Shown here one piece after another: positions 39,267 to 47,593 of a stretch of 64,000 bases of DNA. Source of the DNA: a virus (lineage: Duplodnaviria; Caudoviricetes); the IMG/VR virus record IMGVR_UViG_638276471_000001, positions 3,189 through 67,188 of that record; one strand, 5' to 3'. The position numbers and the translations under genes were made by a program. Positions within the stretch are counted from its first letter, which is position 1, and the number at the start of each line of letters is the position of its first letter. A model generated the notes under the pieces. The model was given only the letters and a program-made list of their open reading frames with translations, searched no databases and had not been told where the DNA came from.

Positions 39267-39799
39267 TGGCAGAGACGATCGGCCCCGCCGACCCCAACGC
39301 GCCGACGCGGGCCAAGGTATGGGCAGGACTGGCGGTCATCGCGCCGCTACTGTCGTTCCTGGCCACCTTCGGCATCCTGTCCAACGACCAGGCCAACGCG
39401 ATCAACGGCGCGCTCACCGCCGTGGTCGGCGTGCTGACGGCGTTCGGCTTCGGCGTGGCCGCCAAGAAGACCAGCGAGCAGGTCAAGAACGGCACCTTCG
39501 ACCCGGCACCTCCCCCGCCGCCGGTGCTGGTGCCGCCAGCGATGAGCGCGGTGGAGGGCATCACGGCGGTGGCCAACCAGTTCAACGATCTGGTCACCGG
39601 CGTGACCTCCGGTGTGAAGCATGTCCAGGACGTGGTTGGCGGCCTGGCCGGTGCGATCCCCGGTTTGAGCGGCCTGCCGGGCCTCCAGGGCCTTGATCCC
39701 AACTCGCTGGCCGCTCAGGCCGCACAACTCGCATACGAGCGCGGTGGGGCCAACCAGGCCGCCGCACGCCCGGCCTCTGGCACCGAGACCGCCACCTGA
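39266..39799 (+). CDS. holin
   Basis: TGATG overlap with lysA; two N-terminal TM segments. Confidence 0.7.
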   Translation: MAETIGPADPNAPTRAKVWAGLAVIAPLLSFLATFGILSNDQANAINGALTAVVGVLTAFGFGVAAKKTSEQVKNGTFDPAPPPPPVLVPPAMSAVEGITAVANQFNDLVTGVTSGVKHVQDVVGGLAGAIPGLSGLPGLQGLDPNSLAAQAAQLAYERGGANQAAARPASGTETAT

Positions 39800-39869
39800 C
39801 GACGAACGCCGCCAGGTGATACCCTGACGGCGCTTGTGGCTGCTGTGGTTGTGGCCGGGGAGACAAGTA

Positions 39870-39907
39870 CAACGCCCCCACCTCACTGGAGGTGGGGGCG
39901 TTGCTTT
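39870..39907. terminator. intrinsic terminator between convergent blocks
   Basis: CAACGCCCCCACCTC / GAGGTGGGGGCGTTG followed by CTTT. Confidence 0.8.
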
Positions 39908-39915
39908 GTGCCCGG

Positions 39916-40413
39916 TCAGAGGGTGTTGGTCTTCAACCAGTTGCGGGCGGCGACCACGTCCTCGTCGGTGTAGGCGACGAAGATCCAGGCCGGGTCGTTG
40001 CCGTCACCCTTGTCGCGCGACTTGCCCAGGCGGGCCAGGATGTACGGGTTGGCCTTCTGCTCCAGAATCTTGATCAGCTCGCGCTTCAAGGCCTGCTGGA
40101 ACACCAGCATGTCCTTGATCTTCTCGCCAGCGCGCGGGCCGGAGAGCACGGCCATGTCGCCGCGCACCACGTCCTTGGCGATGCCGCGCGAGGTCTTCAT
40201 CTCGGGGATGACCTCGGTGGGCTTGAACAGGAACAGCTCGCCCTCGAACTGCGTGATCTTCTCCCCGGAAATGCCCGACGGCCCGGAGAACGGGTCGCCG
40301 CCGCCGAACCCGAGGCCCGGCGAGGCCGAGGTCGGAGCGGCAGGTGCGGCGGCAGCAGGTGCGGCGGGCGCGGAGGTGGCTGCGCCACCTCCGAACGGTG
40401 AGTTACCGGCCAT
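39916..40413 (-). CDS. hypothetical replication/recombination protein (possible ssDNA-binding)
   Basis: TAAGGAG RBS; Ala/Pro-rich N-terminus then beta-rich domain; follows nuclease. Confidence 0.65.
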   Translation of the reverse strand: MAGNSPFGGGAATSAPAAPAAAAPAAPTSASPGLGFGGGDPFSGPSGISGEKITQFEGELFLFKPTEVIPEMKTSRGIAKDVVRGDMAVLSGPRAGEKIKDMLVFQQALKRELIKILEQKANPYILARLGKSRDKGDGNDPAWIFVAYTDEDVVAARNWLKTNTL

Positions 40414-40427
40414 GGTGGTGTTACTCC

Positions 40428-41795
40428 TTAAACGGTGGGTGTTGCGGTTGCGGTGAACAGCCCGGCCACGGTGTGGCCGAGCGCGGTGAGTTCGTCGGAC
40501 CAAACGTCCTGGAACTCAGCCCACACGGCGTCGAGGTCCGACACCGCCTGGGCAGCTTGGATGCGCTGGTATGCCTGGACATAGCGCAGCGCCTCGGCCG
40601 ACGGCACCGGCGTGGTCAGGCCGGGTACGTCGTGCTTGGCGTTCTTGCGGTGGTGGCGCGCACGCAGCGAGGTCGCCAGGTACTCGTCCCCGCACGACAG
40701 GCGCATCGGCAGCATGTGCGCCATGTTCGGCGCATCGCTGGGCAGGTGGATGAGCACGGCCATCTCCTGGTTGATGGCAGGCATTGGCTCCCAGGTCTCG
40801 CCGTCGAGGCCGAGCATCAGCCGTGCGCGGGCGTACCCGGCCAGCTGCGTTGGCCAGGTCATCCACGACCATTTGACATTGTCGGCCTTGCTGGTCTTGA
40901 GGTCGCCCAGGTACAGCTCTCCGGTGGTGACGCACATGTAGATGCGGTCCAGCGTGCCGACCACGCGCTCCTCGCCCGCGTCGTTGAGCACCAGGCGCTC
41001 GCAATACTGCGGCACGGCGATGAACCCGGCGCGCGCCAGCACCTCGCGGTACTTGTCGACCCAGGGCCGGAACATTTCGGGAACCTGCTCCAGCGTGACC
41101 ATGGCGCAGTCGACGGCGGCACACCACTCGTGCACGGCGTCGCCGAACTCGGCACTGTTCTTGCCGCCGTTGAAGGCGTCAATGCGCTCGATGAGGTCGT
41201 TGACGGTGGACCCGTTGCCCTTGTCAATCGCCTCGCGCAACTCGCGCAGCATCGACACGGCCACCTCGTTGGCGTCCGGCCCGGTGGCGTAGTCGACCAG
41301 CTTGAGCACGCTGGCCACCTGCATGCGCGTGGACCACCGGGACAGGTTGTACGTGTCGTCCAGAGTCTTGGCCGCCGCGGTGGCCCGGACGAACCCGGTC
41401 GGCAGGCCGGTGATCGGGTCAGGCAGGACGTAGTGGCCGTACTGGTTGAACTTGTTCACCGGGCGCGGGAGCGCCGGGGGGAGCGGGTACTCGGCCCACT
41501 GCGTCACCCGCTGCTGCGGCGGCGCGATGCCGATGTCGCTGGCGTCGACTGTCACTGGTGGTTCCTCCTGCGGTGGTTGTGTATTCGGCCGGGACAGGCC
41601 GTGCATCGTGTACCGGCGACCGTCGGGGCCGAGCCACGAGTCTGTGAGTTCGTCGTAGTCGTAGTCCGGGTGGGCGAGCAGAGGGTTGGCGGTCCACCCC
41701 CACTGCTCGATACCCATGCCGGGGTCGCGCACCGGACGGAACCAGGTGGCACCGTTGGCGTCGGTGCGCGCCGGGTAGTCGGTGGCGACGCTCAT
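40428..41795 (-). CDS. PD-(D/E)XK exonuclease (RecB/Cas4-like)
   Basis: FGDAVHEW, VVGTLDRI, LGDLKTS, QLAGYA. Confidence 0.82.
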   Translation of the reverse strand: MSVATDYPARTDANGATWFRPVRDPGMGIEQWGWTANPLLAHPDYDYDELTDSWLGPDGRRYTMHGLSRPNTQPPQEEPPVTVDASDIGIAPPQQRVTQWAEYPLPPALPRPVNKFNQYGHYVLPDPITGLPTGFVRATAAAKTLDDTYNLSRWSTRMQVASVLKLVDYATGPDANEVAVSMLRELREAIDKGNGSTVNDLIERIDAFNGGKNSAEFGDAVHEWCAAVDCAMVTLEQVPEMFRPWVDKYREVLARAGFIAVPQYCERLVLNDAGEERVVGTLDRIYMCVTTGELYLGDLKTSKADNVKWSWMTWPTQLAGYARARLMLGLDGETWEPMPAINQEMAVLIHLPSDAPNMAHMLPMRLSCGDEYLATSLRARHHRKNAKHDVPGLTTPVPSAEALRYVQAYQRIQAAQAVSDLDAVWAEFQDVWSDELTALGHTVAGLFTATATPTV

Positions 41796-43507
41796 GACAT
41801 GTGCCCGTCAAGGACGCGCGACGCCAGCGCGATGCTGATTTCATCGCTCAGGCGGGCCTTGGTCATGCCGTCGGCACCGACGATGCCGAGGTTGTGCGCG
41901 AACATCACCTGCTTATCGCTCGGCTTCTGGTTGCGCCGCCAGGAGGCCGACTTGTCGTTGAAGGTGAACCGGTCGCTCTCGTACACCCAGGCCTCGGCGA
42001 AGTCAACGGCGTCCTCCAGGTCCATGAAGTCGGCCACCACCCCGCCGCGCTCCAGCGGCAGCGCGTCCATGCGGCGCTTGGTGCTGGTCAGGCCCGGCAG
42101 CCAGCGCTGGTCGCGGCCCTTGCGTCCGGTTTCCGGCCACAGGAACACCAGCCAGCCGTCGCTTCCGTTGATGAACGGCACACCGGCGGGGGTCTCCAGC
42201 CACAGCGTGTCCGAGTTGGCCAGCAGGTCGATGCTGACCAGCTCCACCGGACCCTGGCGCACCACCTTGGCCTCGGTGTCGCCGCCGCTCATGGCGTCAT
42301 CCACCAGGCCGCAGACGCACTCGGTGACGTAGAGGTCGCACGTCGGGCATACCGCGATGGCCTGGCCCTGCTCATCCACCTCTTCGACCGGCGCACCGGG
42401 GGACAGGTCGGTGAGGTTGACCAACTTCATCGCGCGGGTGGAGCCGGACAGGTCCAGCACCAGCGCGTCGGTCTTGCCGGGGAACAGGCGCAGCGCGCGG
42501 CCGACCATCTGCGCGTAGAGGTTTTTTGACCGGGTAGGCCGAGCCATGACCACGGTGTCGCACATCGGGAAGTCGGCACCTTCGGTCAGCACCATGACCG
42601 TGACCAGGTTCTTGGTCACGCCGGTGCGGTACCGGTCGTAGACCTGTTCGCGCTCGGCGTGCGGCATTGACCCGGTGACGGCCTCGGCGGTCATGCCGCG
42701 CTCGTTGATGGCGTCGGCGATCATGTGCGCGCCGTCCACGCTGGCGGCGAACACGATGTTGGTGCGCTCGCGGGCATGCAGTTCGATGGCGTCCACCACG
42801 TACTCGACGGCGGCCTCCATGACCTCGGCCAGTTCGTCGTTCTTGAAGTCACCGGCCACGGTGCGCACGTCGTCCAGCTTGTCCAGGTTCTTGATGCGCA
42901 CGGTCTTGCCGCGCGGCTGGACCAGGAACCCGTGCTTGATGGCCCAGCGCAGGTCTTTCTCGTAGCTGACCTTCTGGATCACATCGCCCAGGCCGATGGT
43001 GCCCTTCTCGTTGCGGTACATCGTGGCGGTGAACCCACACAGGTAGGCGTGCGTATAGCCGCCCAGTTCCTCGAACGTGGCGTGGAAGCCTTCGGCACCG
43101 GCGTGGTGGAACTCGTCCCACAGGATCACGTCGCGGCGGCCGAGCGCGTTGCGGCGCTTGGCGTGCGCCAGCGTCTGGAGGCTGGCGAACACGATGGGAG
43201 CGTGGTGGTCGTCGTGCTCGGCCATCACGATGCCGATGTCGCTGGCCGGAATGGTCGGGTCCACGGCCAGCATGTCCCGGCGCATCTGGAACAGCAGTTC
43301 GGCGCGGTGGGCCAGGGCCACCACGCGCTTGCCGCTGCGGTAGGCGTTGGAGGCCAGCTTGCCGATGACGGTGGACTTGCCTGCACCGGTCGGAAGAACG
43401 ACGCCGGTGCGCTTGGTGCCGGATTCCCAGTCGCGCTCGACGGCGGCGACGGCGGCGGTTTGGTACGAGCGCAGTTCGCGGGGTTCAGTCCCCACTGATG
43501 CGGTCAC
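41792..43507 (-). CDS. superfamily 2 DNA helicase
   Basis: LRSYQ, LPTGAGKS, DEFHH, GFTAT, LTEGAD, QMVGRALR; AGGAG RBS before GTG 43507. Confidence 0.92.
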   Translation of the reverse strand: MTASVGTEPRELRSYQTAAVAAVERDWESGTKRTGVVLPTGAGKSTVIGKLASNAYRSGKRVVALAHRAELLFQMRRDMLAVDPTIPASDIGIVMAEHDDHHAPIVFASLQTLAHAKRRNALGRRDVILWDEFHHAGAEGFHATFEELGGYTHAYLCGFTATMYRNEKGTIGLGDVIQKVSYEKDLRWAIKHGFLVQPRGKTVRIKNLDKLDDVRTVAGDFKNDELAEVMEAAVEYVVDAIELHARERTNIVFAASVDGAHMIADAINERGMTAEAVTGSMPHAEREQVYDRYRTGVTKNLVTVMVLTEGADFPMCDTVVMARPTRSKNLYAQMVGRALRLFPGKTDALVLDLSGSTRAMKLVNLTDLSPGAPVEEVDEQGQAIAVCPTCDLYVTECVCGLVDDAMSGGDTEAKVVRQGPVELVSIDLLANSDTLWLETPAGVPFINGSDGWLVFLWPETGRKGRDQRWLPGLTSTKRRMDALPLERGGVVADFMDLEDAVDFAEAWVYESDRFTFNDKSASWRRNQKPSDKQVMFAHNLGIVGADGMTKARLSDEISIALASRVLDGHMS

Positions 43508-43574
43508 GGTGTCTCCTGTTGCGTTGGCGTTGCGGTGGCGGTGCGGTGGCGCGCCCTGTGCGAGCGCGCCACCG

Positions 43575-43602
43575 ACATTACGTTGAGGCGGCGGTATTGT
43601 CC
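43575..43602 (-). promoter_or_regulatory. partial cassette (promoter/palindrome only) upstream of helicase
   Basis: ACATTAC-N12-GTATTGT on +. Confidence 0.6.
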
Positions 43603-43740
43603 AGCGTGCGGACGCAGGCGGCGCAGGAACCGTCGACCGTCCGGTCGTGGCGGTAGTCCCCGTGGCGTGCGCACACTGTCGGCAACCGGCGCTCAGCTGC
43701 GGCGTAGTAACCGCGCATGGTGGTGTATCCGCGCGACATG

Positions 43741-44076
43741 TTAGCCGAGCACCCCGCCGCATCCCCCAGGACCGGCCAACGGCGGTGTGGGTGACCCGTT
43801 CGGGATGATGCAGCGCAGCGGCTGCCACCAGTACCCGATGCGGAAGGTGTTCAACCGGGTGCCGTCGGGGAACGACTGGCCTTCGCAGTAGCCGCCCCAC
43901 CCGGAGGCCGACATACCCGGCCCATTGCCAGGGCACCAGAACGGTGGTGCCGGGACGCGGGGATCCGGCAGAGCGTGCGCCTCGGTGGCGTAGGCGGCCC
44001 CGGTGCCCAGGAGCACCGTAGCGGCGGCCAGGGCCGCTGCTGCGCGGCGAACGGTGCGGCGGTGGTAGGTGTGCAT
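43741..44076 (-). CDS. secreted Cys/Gly/Pro-rich protein (CDGP-like)
   Basis: Signal peptide RRTVRR-hydrophobic-AHA; WCPG...GGYCEG..FPDG...RC...GGCGG. Confidence 0.7.
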   Translation of the reverse strand: MHTYHRRTVRRAAAALAAATVLLGTGAAYATEAHALPDPRVPAPPFWCPGNGPGMSASGWGGYCEGQSFPDGTRLNTFRIGYWWQPLRCIIPNGSPTPPLAGPGGCGGVLG

Positions 44077-44567
44077 CAGCGCACCGCCTCGGGCGCGAGG
44101 GTAGCGGCTGCGCGGAACAGGCCCTCGAGGTTGGTGTAGCCGAACAGCTTCAGCTGGTTGGCCGTCACCGTGTCTCCGGTGTGGGCGTTGAGCATGGCCA
44201 CCAGGCCCCGGTAGGAGGAGGCGGTGGTGGCGTTGAGCCACCCCTGGGGGCGCGGCACGTTGTTGCGCACCTCGTTCTCCGACACCTGCTGGTCGCGCAG
44301 CTCGCTGAGGTAGTCGCTACCGGCGGCGGCACGGAAACGCTTGGTGTCCTCGTGGGTCGGGGTGCGCTTGGTCTTGATGAACGCGCTGAGCGCGTCGCGC
44401 AGTGCCACGATGTTGTCGCGCTTGCTCGGCGGGGTGTGCTCGGCGATGTAGGCCGCACACCGCCGTCGGTACTCGGCGTCGGCCTTGTCGTGGACGGCCA
44501 GTGCGGCGTTGGCCGCCTTGATCAGCGCCTTCTTGTCGAAGGTGATGCTGGTTGGCGCGGTTGCCAT
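44076..44567 (-). CDS. hypothetical protein
   Basis: AAGGAG RBS; 163 aa; TGATG overlap downstream. Confidence 0.75.
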   Translation of the reverse strand: MATAPTSITFDKKALIKAANAALAVHDKADAEYRRRCAAYIAEHTPPSKRDNIVALRDALSAFIKTKRTPTHEDTKRFRAAAGSDYLSELRDQQVSENEVRNNVPRPQGWLNATTASSYRGLVAMLNAHTGDTVTANQLKLFGYTNLEGLFRAAATLAPEAVR

Positions 44568-44631
44568 GTGTTGTCTCCTTTTGTGGGTGTGGTTGTGTTG
44601 CGCGTTGGCCGGACGCGCCCCCGGTAGTGCG

Positions 44632-47382
44632 TCAGTCGGCCAGGATGTTCTCGGCGGCGAACAACTGGCGTGCCTGCTCGTCGGACCCGCCTGACGGCAC
44701 GTAGCGCGAACCGGAGGCGGTGCCGGTGAGCGTCTGGATCAGGTCGTAGCGCAGGCCACGGTCGGCGGCCTCGGCCACCTTCTGCTTCCAGGCCTTGGCG
44801 GCGTCGGCACGGCTGGCGGTGTAGGCGTCCATCTCCAGGTAGGTCACCAACTCAGTGCGCGTCAGGCCCTGCTCCGGGAACCGCTGCGCGATCAGGCGGC
44901 GCATGCGGATGGCGGTTTCGACCACCGGTTCCGGCGTCGGCCGGGCAAGCACGATGTCGCCCTGCATCGGGTCCACCGTCCCGGTCGGCCCGGTGATGAT
45001 GGGAGCGTTGCGCGGCTCCCAGTTGACCATCATCAGCGGCAGCGGCTCGGCAAGCTGTTCGGAGTTCTTCTGCTTGGTGGTGTCCAGCTCGATGGCCTTG
45101 CCGGGGAGGCGTCCGTTGTCGTCGGCCACCATGCGCACGTCCCACCGGCCTTCGCGCACCAGCAGTTCGCTGTCCAGGGCACCGTTGAGCGCGCTGGATC
45201 CACGGGCGGTCTCGGAGTGCTTGCCGGTGTGGTGCACGATCAGCACCCCGGCGTTGGTGTGGCGGCGAATCTGGTCAAACCGCTCCACCGCCTTGCCGAC
45301 CTCGGTGGCCGAGTTCTCCTCGACCGACAGCGCCATACGAGCAAACGTGTCGAAGATGATGAACCCGATGCCCTCGCGGATGATGTAGTTGCCGACCTCC
45401 TGCCACACCTCGGCCTGCGCGCCGAGCTTGACGATGGAGTTGGCCAGCAGCAGGTCATTGCCCACCTCGGTGCCGTGCGCCTCTTCCCAGGCCCAGATGC
45501 GCTGCACCGCGCCGGAGAGGCCTTCACCGGGCATGTAGAGCACTTTGGTCTTGAGCGTGCGGCGGCCCTGCCAGCGCTTGCCGGTGGCGATGTGGCAGGC
45601 CATGTCCAGCGCCACGCTGGACTTGCCGACGCCGGGCGGGCCGATGATGCAGGACAGGCCGCCGTTCTCCAACAGGCCGTCGATGATGTACTCCGGGGGC
45701 GGCATGTCGCGCCAGTGCGCGAACGGGGCGATGACCGGGACGCCGAACGTGGCCGAGTTCAGCACGTGCGGGTCCGCAGGCCCGGCCTCGTCGCCGAACG
45801 GCACGTCGGCGGGCGGGGTGGCCGGGGCGGGCGCGTCGGTGCCCTGCTGGCCGGGCCCGACCCCGCTGAACAGATCGGCCACCGGCGCAGGCTCGGCCTC
45901 GGCAGGCTCGGCCAGGTGCTCGTCGCCCACGTCGCCGCCAACCGGCAGGTGCCACAGGTCGCCGTCGGCGTCGGCCTGGAACGTACCGTCGCCGGTCTCG
46001 CACACCGGGCAGTACGGCGCAGTCTCGGCGGCGGCGGCCTGCTCGGTCGGCCAGTCGGTCGGTGCCGGGCCGGGCGTCGGCACGTCGCCCCACAGCGGCG
46101 CGTCCATGTTGGCGGTGTCCACACCGGCCTCGCGCTCGGTGGCCTTGCCGTCCAGGATCGACCCGTCGGCGGCCATGGTCGGCGCTGACGGGATCAGGCC
46201 CAGGCTGTCCATGGCCTTGCCGATGTTGCCGCCGTACTCGGTCAGCGCCACCACCTGGAGCTTGGACATGGTCTTGGTGCCGTTGGCCGCGATCCACGAG
46301 TCGAACGGTTCGCCGGGGTTGTCGGTCCAGATGTGCAGCGGCGCGTCGGGGGTGTAGCGGCCCAGCGTGCACCCGGCGGTGTGCGCGGTGGCCGACTTCG
46401 GGCTGGCGTGGCCTTCGCCTGCGGTCCAGACCTCACACCCGCAGGCGTCGTTGCGGCTGGCCGGTGTCCAGCCCAGCGGCTCCAGGAGCACCGACCACGG
46501 CGTGGACTCGGCCCATTCGGCGATAACGGTGTCCAGGGCACCGGGCACGCGCTCGGCGGCGCGGCGTTCGAACTCAGCCGCGCGCTCGGCACGCAGTGCA
46601 CCAGAGCGGGTGATCTCCTCCAGCAGTGCCGGGATCAGCTCGTAGTCCTCCCCGGCCATCACATACGGTCCCTCGGGACGCGAGGACGGCGGGATCAGCA
46701 CGTAGCGGCGGTTCCACAGGATGGCGAACCCGTCGTCGCCGGACATGGTGATCGCGCCCAGGTTGGACGGCAACTCCACACCGTCGGGCACCCGGAAGTA
46801 GAAATGCCCGCCGTCGCTGTGCACCGGCACACCGTCCACGATCTGACCGGGTGTGCGCACCGTCGGCGGCAGCGTGGCCGGTGCCTGGCTCCAGGCCAGG
46901 AACCGGTCGAGCTGCGCCTTGGTGTCGCAGTCCACCACGACCAAGCGGCTGGCCCCCACCTCGATGGCCAGGTTGATCGGCGGGCACTCCACCAGCGTGG
47001 ATTCCTTGACCTGCTTCGGCCCCTTGGGACGCACGACGTTGCCGTCGGCGTCGTGCCAGGTGCCGAACACGCGCAGGTACTCATCCAGGTACTTGAGAAC
47101 CACCTTGGGGTCGTCGCTAGCCAGCGCCAGGCCCGACGGCGACTTCACGCGCGCCCAGTCGGTGCGTCCGGCCAGGCGGGCGGCCTCCTTGGCATCGGCA
47201 TCGGCGGCGTTCTTCACCCGCTCGGTGCGCATGTCGGCGGGGTGCTTGCTGTTGGGGTACACCAGCAGCAGGTGCAGGCCCGCCTTGCAGGCCTCGCGGA
47301 TGAACGCACGCATGCGTTCGGGGTCGGTGTTCATGCCGGGCGGGACACCCAGAATGGATTGCAGATCGGAAGCTCCGAGCAT
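44632..47382 (-). CDS. bifunctional primase/polymerase fused to RepA-like AAA helicase
   Basis: INLAI..LVVVDCD, TVRTP..GGHFYF, YVLIPPS; GPPGVGKS, IIFDT, IVHHTGK, ARGSSAL. Confidence 0.9.
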   Translation of the reverse strand: MLGASDLQSILGVPPGMNTDPERMRAFIREACKAGLHLLLVYPNSKHPADMRTERVKNAADADAKEAARLAGRTDWARVKSPSGLALASDDPKVVLKYLDEYLRVFGTWHDADGNVVRPKGPKQVKESTLVECPPINLAIEVGASRLVVVDCDTKAQLDRFLAWSQAPATLPPTVRTPGQIVDGVPVHSDGGHFYFRVPDGVELPSNLGAITMSGDDGFAILWNRRYVLIPPSSRPEGPYVMAGEDYELIPALLEEITRSGALRAERAAEFERRAAERVPGALDTVIAEWAESTPWSVLLEPLGWTPASRNDACGCEVWTAGEGHASPKSATAHTAGCTLGRYTPDAPLHIWTDNPGEPFDSWIAANGTKTMSKLQVVALTEYGGNIGKAMDSLGLIPSAPTMAADGSILDGKATEREAGVDTANMDAPLWGDVPTPGPAPTDWPTEQAAAAETAPYCPVCETGDGTFQADADGDLWHLPVGGDVGDEHLAEPAEAEPAPVADLFSGVGPGQQGTDAPAPATPPADVPFGDEAGPADPHVLNSATFGVPVIAPFAHWRDMPPPEYIIDGLLENGGLSCIIGPPGVGKSSVALDMACHIATGKRWQGRRTLKTKVLYMPGEGLSGAVQRIWAWEEAHGTEVGNDLLLANSIVKLGAQAEVWQEVGNYIIREGIGFIIFDTFARMALSVEENSATEVGKAVERFDQIRRHTNAGVLIVHHTGKHSETARGSSALNGALDSELLVREGRWDVRMVADDNGRLPGKAIELDTTKQKNSEQLAEPLPLMMVNWEPRNAPIITGPTGTVDPMQGDIVLARPTPEPVVETAIRMRRLIAQRFPEQGLTRTELVTYLEMDAYTASRADAAKAWKQKVAEAADRGLRYDLIQTLTGTASGSRYVPSGGSDEQARQLFAAENILAD

Positions 47383-47426
47383 GGCTGAGTTGGCCTTTCG
47401 TGGTTGGTGGAGCGGGGAGGTTGAGC

Positions 47427-47591
47427 CTATGCCGTCGGGTCGGCGGTCGGCGGGTCATCGGCGTGGCCGACACAGAACCAGTCGACACCGCCGTCGGGGG
47501 TGCGGACCAGGCGTGCGCCCGGTGCCGTGCAATCGGGTACCGCGCAGTGCGGTGCGGAGTGTGATGCGCGCTTATCGCGGTACTTGCTCAT
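47427..47591 (-). CDS. 54-aa Cys/His protein
   Basis: CAVPDC...FCVGH; fills gap after polymerase. Confidence 0.55.
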   Translation of the reverse strand: MSKYRDKRASHSAPHCAVPDCTAPGARLVRTPDGGVDWFCVGHADDPPTADPTA

Positions 47592-47593
47592 CG

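Noticed and set aside
39859-39890. GGAGACAA after holin as another cassette copy
   Set aside because: No -10 at 17 nt and no hairpin/RBS; runs into the terminator. The GGAGACAA at 14464 is simply an RBS
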